Source of the DNA: Vermiphilus sp.
Lineage (GTDB): Bacteria; Ratteibacteria; UBA8468; B48-G9; JAFGKM01
Length of the DNA: 36,972 nucleotides
Direction of reading: 5' to 3'
NCBI GenBank assembly: GCA_020722825.1
Contig: DYKC01000001.1
Coordinates: forward strand, 1-36,972
Under the pieces are notes generated by a model that saw only the letters and a list, made by a program, of their open reading frames with translations, searched no databases and was not told the DNA's origin. Of this stretch, positions 25,366 through 35,678 are shown one piece after another. The position numbers and the translations under genes were made by a program. Each line of letters starts with the position of its first letter. The stretch's first letter is position 1.

Positions 25366-26355
25366 CTATCTGTTTTTGCGAATGGCAGAGAGTACCTTCT
25401 TTTCTGCCTGTTCAATTGATATATTTTCAAAATAACATCCTGCTGCTCTTTTATGCCCGCCGCCACCAAATTGAGCCGCTATCCTTTCCACATCAAAATT
25501 TCCCTTGCTCCTGAGACTTGCCTTAACTCCCTTCCCGAACTCTTTCAAAAAGAAAACAATATTCGCCTCCTTGATTTTCGCAAGAAGGTCTACAAATCCT
25601 TCAGTATCTTCTTCTTTCGTTCCTGTTTGACGGTACATATCCCTGTCAACCTTCATCCAGCAAAACTTGTTCTGTCTGTCAAATTGTAAAGTATTCAAAC
25701 ACAGAGAAAGCAGTTTCACCGACCTTAAGGGTTTTTCAAAGTACACATTTCTTGCAATCTGCTCGGGTTCCGCACCGGCGGCAACAAGATTCTGGGCTAT
25801 ACCCATGGTATAAGGACTGATGTTGTGAATAAAACCTCCGGTATCTGTAAGAATGGCGGTATAGAGACACTCTGCCTCCTTCTTTGTAAGCATCCTGCCC
25901 CCGTAGGAAAGTATAAAATACGCCATTTCACCTGTCGCTGAAAATCTATGATTAATCCAGTTTATACTGGCAAATCCTGAATTGGAAAAGTGATGGTCTA
26001 TATTGATAACAACACGTGATTTTTTTATCAGACTGAAAACCTTCCCGGTTCTTTCAGGAGAACCACAGTCAATAACAATACTCACGTCGGGTTTATCAGG
26101 GGTAACACCCATTCCACTAACCTTAACCTTTCCTGCAAAAGGAAGAAATCTGTATATGGCAGGCGTTCTGTCCTGGTTAACAATCACTGCCTTTTTTCCC
26201 ATTTTTTTAAGCATGCTGTAAAATGCCAGTTCACTACCGATGGCATCACCATCAATATTACGATGGGCTGTTAAAAGAAACTCTTTTCCTTCTTTCATAG
26301 CAGATATTATTTCTCTGACCTTCTTTTTATCCTCAGGTTTCAACTGCATTTTCAT
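25366..26355 (-). CDS. nrnA: DHH/DHHA1 phosphoesterase (NrnA-type oligoribonuclease / pAp phosphatase)
   Basis: Motifs HRNIDGDAIGS, NIDHHFSN and the DHHA1 motif GGGGHKRAAG. Confidence 0.8.
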   Translation of the reverse strand: MKMQLKPEDKKKVREIISAMKEGKEFLLTAHRNIDGDAIGSELAFYSMLKKMGKKAVIVNQDRTPAIYRFLPFAGKVKVSGMGVTPDKPDVSIVIDCGSPERTGKVFSLIKKSRVVINIDHHFSNSGFASINWINHRFSATGEMAYFILSYGGRMLTKKEAECLYTAILTDTGGFIHNISPYTMGIAQNLVAAGAEPEQIARNVYFEKPLRSVKLLSLCLNTLQFDRQNKFCWMKVDRDMYRQTGTKEEDTEGFVDLLAKIKEANIVFFLKEFGKGVKASLRSKGNFDVERIAAQFGGGGHKRAAGCYFENISIEQAEKKVLSAIRKNR

Positions 26356-27454
26356 ACAAAACTCCCCTTATGGATTCTTTCAGTTCGTCAATACCTGCTC
26401 CTGTAAGTGCAGAGACAAAATAAGAGCCGGGATTTTCACTTTTGATTACGGATATCTCTTCAGGGGTTAAAAGGTCTATCTTATTAAAAACATTTATGTG
26501 GGGTTTATCCTCCACCTCAAGAATCTTGAAAACCTCGGATATGGTATCTCTCTGCCTGTCCATACTGAAGGCGGAACTGTCATATAAACAAAGAATGAGG
26601 TCGCTGAATCTAACCTCCTCAAGTGTTGATTTAAACGCCTCAATCATATGATAAGGTATATTATACAACAAACCTACAGTATCACTTACCAGGCATACCT
26701 TGTTTTCTCCGATATAAACAGCCCTCGTGGCAGGGTCAAGGGTTGAAAACAACTTGTTCTCCACGTATAAATTTGACATACTTAATTTATTCAGAAGGCT
26801 GCTTTTACCAACATTGGTATATCCCACCAGAGTAACCAGCGGAAAATTCTTTCTTCGCCTTGAGTTTCTGATAACCTCCCTGTGCTTCTCCACATCTTCC
26901 ATCTCTTTTTTCAACCTGTATATTCTCTCCTTGATTCTTCTTCTGTAAACCTCAATCTTCATTTCACCTGGCCCCTTGGTTTCCATGCCTCCACCTATTC
27001 GGGAAAGAGAGATACCATAACCGGTCAACCTCGGCAAGAGATAAGAAAGATGGGCAAGTTCAACCTGTATTTTCCCTTCTTTAGATTTTGCATGCTCTCC
27101 GAAGATATACAGAATAAGTTCGGTTCTGTCTATAACCCCTATCCTCAGGATATCTTCCAGATTTCTCTGTTGTATAGGTGTGAGTTCCCTGCCAAAGATC
27201 GCATAGGAAGGCTTTTCTCTGTCTGAATATTCCTTTATTCCCTGGAGCCGTCCTTTGCCTATATATGTTGCAGGATGGATAATATCTGATTTATAAACAA
27301 AAGTATTGATAACCCTTAGTCTCAGCGTTTTACACAAAAACTCAAGTTCTTTTATGGATTCTTCTGTATCAAGTTCATCTCTTTCCCGAAAGACAATAAG
27401 AACTGCTTTCCTGCCGGCAAAACTCTGCTCTGCAACCTCTTTTAGTTTCTTCAC
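26333..27454 (-). CDS. hflX: GTPase HflX
   Basis: HflX N-terminal domain (ELTPIQQRNLE, AHLSYLLPRL), then G-domain motifs GYTNVGKSSLLN, DTVG and NKID. It overlaps nrnA by 23 nt and rplU by 4 nt. Confidence 0.88.
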   Translation of the reverse strand: MKKLKEVAEQSFAGRKAVLIVFRERDELDTEESIKELEFLCKTLRLRVINTFVYKSDIIHPATYIGKGRLQGIKEYSDREKPSYAIFGRELTPIQQRNLEDILRIGVIDRTELILYIFGEHAKSKEGKIQVELAHLSYLLPRLTGYGISLSRIGGGMETKGPGEMKIEVYRRRIKERIYRLKKEMEDVEKHREVIRNSRRRKNFPLVTLVGYTNVGKSSLLNKLSMSNLYVENKLFSTLDPATRAVYIGENKVCLVSDTVGLLYNIPYHMIEAFKSTLEEVRFSDLILCLYDSSAFSMDRQRDTISEVFKILEVEDKPHINVFNKIDLLTPEEISVIKSENPGSYFVSALTGAGIDELKESIRGVLYENAVET

Positions 27455-27765
27455 TTTTTGGTTATGTTGACAACCTTCAGGAGAGTCAAACTATCCCTGT
27501 GCCCGTATCCTTTTTTATAACCGGTTTTAGGTTTTTTCTTGAAAGAGTATATCTTCCGTCCCTCCTTTTCCCCAAGAACCTCAAAGATAACTTTTATGTT
27601 TTTAAGTTGCTTTTTGTCAACTATAATATCATCACCGTCTATAAAACAGATAGGATGAATTTCCACCTTATCCCCGGGTTTTTTACCTTTAAGTCTGAAA
27701 GTGGAAAACTCCATCCCCTCGTTAACACGTATCTGTTTACCACTCAGTTCAACAAATGCATCCAT
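27451..27765 (-). CDS. rplU: 50S ribosomal protein L21
   Basis: 104 aa. FVELSGKQIRVNEG at the N-terminus and a basic C-terminal KKKPKTGYKKGYGHRD segment are typical of bL21. Confidence 0.88.
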   Translation of the reverse strand: MDAFVELSGKQIRVNEGMEFSTFRLKGKKPGDKVEIHPICFIDGDDIIVDKKQLKNIKVIFEVLGEKEGRKIYSFKKKPKTGYKKGYGHRDSLTLLKVVNITKK

Positions 27766-27779
27766 TTCTCCTCCCCTTA

Positions 27780-30509
27780 TTACCTTTTGGCGTCTAAAAA
27801 TTCTATATCCTTCTTCAGATTCTCTATAGACTCCTGTAATTGTTGCTTCTTTGCTTTTTCTTTCTCTCTGACTTCCTCCGGAGCCTTTTCCAGAAACTCA
27901 GGGTTGTTTAATTTCCTGTCTATTTTCTCTAAAAAACCTTCCAGTTTTCCTTTCTCTTTTATTATTTTGACCCGTTCTGCGGAAATGTTTATTATACCTT
28001 CAAATGACATTCCGAGTCTACCCTGCCGAAGATTCTTTATCAGCACATTTCCTGCATCATCTGCCAGAGCATCAAAAGACAGAAAATTTCCAACCCCTGC
28101 CAGTCTTGATATTAACGCTGCAGATAACCCTTCAGGCTTTCTGTCAAAATAGCAGTCAATTGGCTTCACAATAGGTACAGAAAACCTTGTTTTTATATCT
28201 CTTATTGTCGTCACTATTTCAATAATCTCCTTCATCCTCTCCCCCTCTTTCTCCATTTCTTTTTCTTCTCCCTTCTCCTTTCTGGAGAGAAGATTAAGAT
28301 GAGGGGCATAGGAAAGGGTAAAAGATGCAGGCCATCTACTCACAGTTATACTTTCAGTCTCCGTAACGCAGTAACTGGAAAAAATCTGCCATATTTTTTC
28401 CGTGATAAAAGGCGTGAAAGGATGAAGCATCTTCATAACAGTGAGGTGAACATATAACAATACGGGAAGAACCTTTTCTCTTAAATACTCAGTCTCCTGT
28501 TCCTGATAAACCTTGGATATTTCAAGGTACCAGTCGCAGAAAGTGTGCCAGAAGAAATCATAGATAGAGTTAAGTGCCTCATTCATCCTGAAGCATTCTA
28601 ATGAATCATTAACTACCTTAATAACCTTATCAAGTTCAGATAGAATCCACAACTCAGGGAAGTTCAGGTTTTCAAATCTTTCGGGAAATTCCACCCTTTT
28701 AACCTCTGCCTTTTCCACTATGAAAGATATGAAACGTGAGGCGTTCCACACCTTGTTCATAAAATTTCTTCCCTTGATGTAAAAGGTTGGGGAAAGAAAA
28801 ACATCCTGCCCGGACGCAGTCATAGAAATCAGACTGAACCTCAGACTATCGGCTCCGTAGTCCTCAATGATTTTTACAGGGTCTATCACGTTACCGAGCG
28901 ACTTGCTCATTTTTTTTCCTGTCTTATCTCTCACCGTACCGTGTATAAGAACATTTTCAAAAGGTACCTCCCCCACAAACTCATACCCTGCCATTACCAT
29001 CCTTGCAACCCAGAAGAAAAGAATTTCCTGGGCAGTGACAAGTGTATTCGTGGGATAATAGACCTCAAGGTCTTTTGTTTTTTCAGGCCAGCCAAAAACT
29101 GAAAATGGCCACAGCCATGATGAGAACCATGTATCAAGAACATCCGGGTCCTGGTATATCTCATCACTGCCGCAAACAGGACAGACATCCGGCTTATCAG
29201 CAGAGACGAAAATTCCTTTCTCGTTTCCATCTTTTTCAATACACCTTTTGCAGTACCATACAGGAATCCTGTGTCCCCACCATATCTGCCTGCTTATGCA
29301 CCAATCCTTGATTTCATACAGCCAGTTCAGATAGACCTTTTTCCACCTTTCAGGATAAAACCTCAGTATGTCTTTTTCTGCCGCCTCTATTGCCGGCTTC
29401 GCAAGCGGTTTCATATTCACAAACCACTGTGTGGAGAGGTACGGCTCCACCACACTGCCACACCTGTAGCAGCACCCTACCCTGTTGGCATAAGGCTCAG
29501 TTCTGGCAAGAAGCCCTGCCTTTTCAAGTTCTTTGATTATCTCCTCCCTGCACTTAAACCTGTCAAGTCCCTTAAACATCCCTGCATTCTCATTCATCAC
29601 ACCTTCCCCATCCATCACGGTTACAAAAGGAAGGTTATGCCTTTTGCCAATATCAAAATCCGCATGGTCATGTGCAGGGGTCACCTTTACGGCTCCGGTG
29701 CCAAAGTCCTTCTCAACGGCAGCATCCGTGATAACTGGTATAACCCTGTCAACAAAAGGCAGTTTAACCTTTTTTCCCTGGAACTTTTTATACCTTTTGT
29801 CAGAAGGATTTACAGCAACCGCAGTATCCCCAAGCATGGTTTCCGGTCTTGTTGTGGCAACCTGAATGAAACCGCCGTCAATGAGCGGATACCTCAGATA
29901 ATAAAGAAAGGAGTCTTCATCCCTGTATTCAACCTCCTCGTCGGACAAAGCGGTACCGCACCTGCAGCACCAGTGGATAATACGCTCACCCTTATAAATC
30001 AATCCTTTGTTGTAAAGGTGAACAAAAGCCTCATTTACTGCACGGGATAGTTTTTCATCCATCGTAAATCTCAAACGTCTCCAGTCGCAGGATGCTCCGA
30101 GTTTCTTTAACTGGAAGATTATCCGTGAACCATACTGTTCCTTCCACTTCCAGACTTCCTCAATAAAACGTTCTCTTCCCAGTTCTTTTCTACTGAGTTT
30201 CTTTTCGGACAGAAGATTTTTTTCAACCACATTCTGGGTTGCTATACCAGCATGGTCGGTCCCTGGCACCCACAGAGTATTGAAACCCTCCATTCTTTTC
30301 CATCTGATGATAATATCCTGGATGGTGTTGTTAAGAGCATGTCCCATATGTAGAAAGCCAGTAATGTTTGGAGGCGGAATAACAACAACATACTTTTTTC
30401 TGCCTTTTTTATGTCTCTCTGCAGAAAAAAATCCCTTCTTCTCCCAAAATTCATACACGCCGGTTTCTATACTTCTGGAGTCATATTGAGGTGGGAATTT
30501 CTCTTTCAT
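27780..30509 (-). CDS. valS: Valine--tRNA ligase
   Basis: HIGH-type PPPNITGFLHMGHALN, KMSKSLGN, the CP1 editing domain, and a C-terminal coiled coil, in 909 aa. Confidence 0.96.
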   Translation of the reverse strand: MKEKFPPQYDSRSIETGVYEFWEKKGFFSAERHKKGRKKYVVVIPPPNITGFLHMGHALNNTIQDIIIRWKRMEGFNTLWVPGTDHAGIATQNVVEKNLLSEKKLSRKELGRERFIEEVWKWKEQYGSRIIFQLKKLGASCDWRRLRFTMDEKLSRAVNEAFVHLYNKGLIYKGERIIHWCCRCGTALSDEEVEYRDEDSFLYYLRYPLIDGGFIQVATTRPETMLGDTAVAVNPSDKRYKKFQGKKVKLPFVDRVIPVITDAAVEKDFGTGAVKVTPAHDHADFDIGKRHNLPFVTVMDGEGVMNENAGMFKGLDRFKCREEIIKELEKAGLLARTEPYANRVGCCYRCGSVVEPYLSTQWFVNMKPLAKPAIEAAEKDILRFYPERWKKVYLNWLYEIKDWCISRQIWWGHRIPVWYCKRCIEKDGNEKGIFVSADKPDVCPVCGSDEIYQDPDVLDTWFSSWLWPFSVFGWPEKTKDLEVYYPTNTLVTAQEILFFWVARMVMAGYEFVGEVPFENVLIHGTVRDKTGKKMSKSLGNVIDPVKIIEDYGADSLRFSLISMTASGQDVFLSPTFYIKGRNFMNKVWNASRFISFIVEKAEVKRVEFPERFENLNFPELWILSELDKVIKVVNDSLECFRMNEALNSIYDFFWHTFCDWYLEISKVYQEQETEYLREKVLPVLLYVHLTVMKMLHPFTPFITEKIWQIFSSYCVTETESITVSRWPASFTLSYAPHLNLLSRKEKGEEKEMEKEGERMKEIIEIVTTIRDIKTRFSVPIVKPIDCYFDRKPEGLSAALISRLAGVGNFLSFDALADDAGNVLIKNLRQGRLGMSFEGIINISAERVKIIKEKGKLEGFLEKIDRKLNNPEFLEKAPEEVREKEKAKKQQLQESIENLKKDIEFLDAKR

Positions 30510-30517
30510 TCTGTTTT

Positions 30518-30811
30518 CTAAGGCTTCAGCACCTGAGATATGGCATTCTTCATAAAGTCTATCTTTACTCCCTCTTTGAACTCAATCGTTATAACGTTAT
30601 CCTTGATTTTACTTACTACGCCTATTGCTCCTCCAACCGTTACAACCCTGTCTCCTTCTTTCAATTCATCAAGCATCTTTTTGTGAACCTTCTGCTTTTT
30701 CTGCTGGGGCAGAATCAAAAGAAAATAAAAGACAAAAAATATCAAAATCAGTGGCAGGAGTGCTCCAAATGGTGATACTGCCTGAGCCGGCTGTGCCTGT
30801 GCAAATATCAT
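30518..30811 (-). CDS. yajC: Preprotein translocase accessory subunit YajC
   Basis: 97 aa with a single TM helix followed by PQQKKQKVHKKMLDELKEGDRVVTVGGAIG. Confidence 0.88.
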   Translation of the reverse strand: MIFAQAQPAQAVSPFGALLPLILIFFVFYFLLILPQQKKQKVHKKMLDELKEGDRVVTVGGAIGVVSKIKDNVITIEFKEGVKIDFMKNAISQVLKP

Positions 30812-30817
30812 ATTTGA

Positions 30818-30844
30818 CCTCCCTTTACCCGAACTCCTTAAAAG
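30818..30844 (-). repeat. Leader module R2, copy 2, directly upstream of the yajC start
   Basis: The minus strand reads cttttaaGGAGTTCGGGTAAAGGgAGGtcaaatATG; compare 6150-6178. Confidence 0.6.
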
Positions 30845-30926
30845 AGGGGATTAGCGATTCGGGCTTAGGGATTCGGAGATATCTTTTCCTGCCTTCTTCT
30901 TTCCCGAATCTCCAATCCCGACTACT

Positions 30927-30953
30927 GAACCCCTGTCTTTTGTGGTGAGGGTT
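30927..30953 (-). repeat. Leader hairpin module R1, copy 2, immediately downstream of the tgt stop
   Basis: The minus strand reads aaCCCTCAcCACAAAAGACAGGGGTTCag. There is an 18-nt exact match, CACAAAAGACAGGGGTTC, with 14020-14037. Confidence 0.65.
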
Positions 30954-30958
30954 TTGAT

Positions 30959-32116
<1,158 letters not shown>

Positions 32117-32137
32117 CTAGCCACTATACGCTCTATG

Positions 32138-33160
32138 CTATAAAATCAGCATCGCATCACCGTAAGAATAAAACCTGTATCTTTTCTCCACTGCAATCCT
32201 GTACGCCCTTTCCGCCAATTCTACGCCTGCAAATGCACACAACAGATACAGGTGGGTTGAGCCCGGAAGGTGGAAGTTTGTTATTAAACCGTCAACTGCC
32301 TGAAAAACAAATCCCGGCTTTATGAACAGGTCTGTATACCCTGTTTTTGAAACTATCCTACCATCATCTATCGCGCTCTCCAATGTTCTCACCACACTGG
32401 TCCCGCAGGCGAAAATTTTACCTCCTGACTGTGTCGCAGAATTTATAAGATTGGCAGTTTCTTCAGAAACCTCCATATACTCTTCTCCAACCTCATTTTT
32501 ATCATCTTTGAGCATCTTAAAAGAAGCCCAACCGATATGCAGTGTGACATAAACAATTCTTACACCCTTATCCCCAATCCTCTTCAGTATTTCTTCGGTA
32601 AAGTGCAGCCCTGCCGTCGGTGCCGCCACGGCCCCTTCTCTTCTCGCATAAACTGTCTGATAAAAATTCCTGTCTTCTTCCGTAGCACCTCTCTTTATGT
32701 AGGGAGGTAGTGGAGTCTCTCCCAGACCAAAAATCTCCTGATTATCATCAGTGGAAAATTCTGCTATGTAACTTCCTGATTCCATCCTCCGGATTATTTT
32801 AACCCATGCTATGTCTAACCTATCTCCTGTCTTTTCAATACGGCATGACTGTCCTTCTCTTAACCTTCCCCTTAACAGCACCTCCCATCTGTAAGGTTCT
32901 GTCTTCTTCAGCAGGAATATCTCAACCCTGCCGCCGCTATCCTTAAAACCTCTCAGTCGGGCTGGAATAACGCGCGTATCATTCAACACCAGAACATCCC
33001 CATCCCTGAAATAATTACCTATACTACTGAAAACATCTTCCTCTATCTTCTCCCCTTCTCTATGCAGTACCATCATACGAGCCTTCTCTCTCTCTTTCAG
33101 GGGATACTGTGCTATCAGTTCCTTTGGCAGGTCATACTCAAAAGTTTCTCTCATTATCAC
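32138..33160 (-). CDS. queA: S-adenosylmethionine:tRNA ribosyltransferase-isomerase
   Basis: Motifs FEYDLPKELIAQYP, GAVAAPTAGLHFT and FYSYGDAMLI. There is a 4-nt overlap with the upstream gene. Confidence 0.93.
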   Translation of the reverse strand: MIMRETFEYDLPKELIAQYPLKEREKARMMVLHREGEKIEEDVFSSIGNYFRDGDVLVLNDTRVIPARLRGFKDSGGRVEIFLLKKTEPYRWEVLLRGRLREGQSCRIEKTGDRLDIAWVKIIRRMESGSYIAEFSTDDNQEIFGLGETPLPPYIKRGATEEDRNFYQTVYARREGAVAAPTAGLHFTEEILKRIGDKGVRIVYVTLHIGWASFKMLKDDKNEVGEEYMEVSEETANLINSATQSGGKIFACGTSVVRTLESAIDDGRIVSKTGYTDLFIKPGFVFQAVDGLITNFHLPGSTHLYLLCAFAGVELAERAYRIAVEKRYRFYSYGDAMLIL

Positions 33161-34926
33161 TCTTTTTCATTGCGAGGCGATTTTTGCCGCGGCAATCCCT
33201 CTTCTAATAATCTTCTCTCAAATATGGCTATCGTGGGATTAAGATATATCAGGTCTTCCGGCAAAACATCTGTTTTGAAAACAAGATTAAGAAATTGTGG
33301 AAATTTTTGAAAGGTTTGTTTCTCTCTATAAAGTTCTGAACTTCTGAACTCTATCCAGAAATCAACGCGTTCTTTCTGCAACCTTAATGGATACGGAGAC
33401 AACTGGGCCTGATAAGAGGACAAAATAAAATAATCAGGTTTTGTTTCTTTCACTCTGGCGAAGTCATATCCTGTAACCACGACCCTATACCTGTAATAGT
33501 CAAAGGGCGGCATCTGAAACTGCCACGGCACCTCGGTTACACCTATACTGCTTCCTGCAGGAATATTCTCTTTAATCCACAATCCTGCTTCGGTTCTGAC
33601 ATTTTCCTTCAAAAATAACATCTTGTAACTCATTCCGTAAGCAAAAGTCCAGCATAAAATGAGAATAAATACTGCTGATAAAACTTTTTTATTCAATGGG
33701 CGTAACCTCTTGTAAACCTCTAACCACCCGATAATTCCTATGATAATCAATGAAGGAACCACAGGCAGTATGTATCTGGCGAATGTTTTTGCAAAAAGAG
33801 AGATAAAGAGGAAAAAGAAGATAACCCAGGATAGAAGCAAAAAATTTACTTTCCTCTCAAACATACCTTGTTTTTTAATAAAACCTATAGCACTCAGCAT
33901 ACCCGTCAAACACACCAAAAACAAAGGAAGCCCAAGACCGTAGAACAGAGATTTTATATAAAATCTGCCGCTGAATACCAATCCAGTATGCTGTCTCAGT
34001 TCAATTAGAGGAGCGGGGAAGGTCAGGAAAAAATAAGGATTGGTTACAAAAAAGGCAATTAAAAATCCCGCAAATGCAAGGGATATCTCTCTTGTAAAAC
34101 TTTTCCAATTATTAAAGGTTAACGACAACCCGATAAAGGGGATAAAAAGTGAGACGATAAAGGTAACCTTTGTCCCCATAGATAGCCCGGCAAAAATGCC
34201 TGCAAGAAATAATCTTCTCAATGAAAATTTTTCCATGAAAAGTATTGTTGCGTAAAGAGAAGCCATTATCCAGAATATCCCCGGTATGTCCACGTACATA
34301 TAAAGGGAGTTGAGGAGCATCAACGGTGTAAACAAAAGGAGTAAAGAACCTGCTAAAGCCTGCTGTTTACGGGAAGTGAGTTTTGCTATCAAAAGATATG
34401 TGAGCAGAACAATTCCTGCACCGTACAGTGCAGTAATAAACCTTCCCGCAATATAAAACCTTGCCATTTCCTCCGGATGGTAGAAGTAATACTCAAGATT
34501 TCTTGTAACCTCAATAAGTCTGATTTTTGAGAGAAAAAAGATTACCACACCTATTAAGTAGATATATGCCCCACCAATAGAATATGCCCTTGGATTGAAA
34601 TCAAGATTAGTCGGATTCATATAAGACAATACCTTAATTATTGCATATTCATCCGGGTGATAACTTCTTATACTGTTGTATAGACTTCTGGGTAATTTTC
34701 TCTGTTCCTCTTCTTCATGAAGAATCAGATATCCTCCCCAGCCCTTCCATGCCTCCTCCACAGGATATTGTTTAACAGAAAGTGATGTTTTCTCTTTTGC
34801 TAAATCATTAGAAAAGTATAGGGCATTTAACCTGTAAGAAGGCAGTCCCCAGTGAATTCCCAGAATAAACAGACCAAATGCGGCGGTGAATAAAACAGTA
34901 CATCTCCATTCAATCTTTCTCTTCAT
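33157..34926 (-). CDS. GT-C fold membrane glycosyltransferase (GT39/ArnT/PMT-like)
   Basis: 589 aa with about 11-13 TM helices in the N-terminal two-thirds and a soluble C-terminal domain. The architecture is ArnT/PMT_2-like. The assignment rests on topology and context rather than a strict motif. Confidence 0.6.
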   Translation of the reverse strand: MKRKIEWRCTVLFTAAFGLFILGIHWGLPSYRLNALYFSNDLAKEKTSLSVKQYPVEEAWKGWGGYLILHEEEEQRKLPRSLYNSIRSYHPDEYAIIKVLSYMNPTNLDFNPRAYSIGGAYIYLIGVVIFFLSKIRLIEVTRNLEYYFYHPEEMARFYIAGRFITALYGAGIVLLTYLLIAKLTSRKQQALAGSLLLLFTPLMLLNSLYMYVDIPGIFWIMASLYATILFMEKFSLRRLFLAGIFAGLSMGTKVTFIVSLFIPFIGLSLTFNNWKSFTREISLAFAGFLIAFFVTNPYFFLTFPAPLIELRQHTGLVFSGRFYIKSLFYGLGLPLFLVCLTGMLSAIGFIKKQGMFERKVNFLLLSWVIFFFLFISLFAKTFARYILPVVPSLIIIGIIGWLEVYKRLRPLNKKVLSAVFILILCWTFAYGMSYKMLFLKENVRTEAGLWIKENIPAGSSIGVTEVPWQFQMPPFDYYRYRVVVTGYDFARVKETKPDYFILSSYQAQLSPYPLRLQKERVDFWIEFRSSELYREKQTFQKFPQFLNLVFKTDVLPEDLIYLNPTIAIFERRLLEEGLPRQKSPRNEKE

Positions 34927-35674
34927 TTTTTTTATATGCCACCATTAAGTAGTGATTCCAGCAATTAAATCTCATAAATATTAGATCTATATAAAAAATG
35001 TAAACAAAGATTTTGTTAAGCCATGTTAAATAGGAAAGAAATGAATGATGCCTTTTGTGTTGAATACTGCCAGATGAGGGTAAACGTTTCAAAAGAGTTG
35101 GCAAATATATAAACTTATGCCAGATGAGGGATACCGGGCCGAAACAATATATCCTTTTTATTTTGAAACCTTCAGATGTAAAAAGACCCATCAATTCTTT
35201 TTTTTCATATCTACGCAAATGTTCTGCTAATTCGTCACTTTTATCCCAGTATTTTTTCCGTGCAGGGACTGTCAAAACACAAAATCCGTCTTTCACAAGA
35301 ATTTTTTTGAAAATCCTTACAACTTCTTTATCATCTCTTATGTGTTCGAGAACCTCACCTGCACAGATAATTTTAAATCCAGAGACATTCTTCTGAAGTT
35401 TTTCTATGTTATCTTCTATCTTAATGGATTTTTTAACACTGCTTTTGTCAATCTTATTTTTCAACACATCAAGAGATAATGGAGATATATCAAAACCTGT
35501 TACAGAATACCCCAATTCTGCTAATCTTAAGGTTAAGTTTCCACACCCACAGCCAAAATCCAGGATCTTTACCCTTCCCTTTGCGATTTTTCGGACCTCT
35601 TTTATAATAAGGGTGTTTCTAAAATAATCTCGCGGCCCAAAAAAATGCGGGTCTTGCCCCCAGATAATTTTCAT
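34910..35674 (-). CDS. Class I SAM-dependent methyltransferase
   Basis: Motif I ILDFGCGCGNLTLRLAELG, post-I GFDIS, and motif II/III IICAGEVLEHI. Confidence 0.85.
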   Translation of the reverse strand: MKIIWGQDPHFFGPRDYFRNTLIIKEVRKIAKGRVKILDFGCGCGNLTLRLAELGYSVTGFDISPLSLDVLKNKIDKSSVKKSIKIEDNIEKLQKNVSGFKIICAGEVLEHIRDDKEVVRIFKKILVKDGFCVLTVPARKKYWDKSDELAEHLRRYEKKELMGLFTSEGFKIKRIYCFGPVSLIWHKFIYLPTLLKRLPSSGSIQHKRHHSFLSYLTWLNKIFVYIFYIDLIFMRFNCWNHYLMVAYKKNEEKD

Positions 35675-35678
35675 GTTC

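Noticed and set aside
29271-30050. 259-aa plus-strand ORF inside valS, and similar long antisense ORFs at 27499-28152, 19540-20199, 22089-22664, 9909-10334 and 13058-13486
   Set aside because: Each lies opposite a confidently identified gene. Their composition is low-complexity or hydrophobic, and they lack an SD and family motifs.
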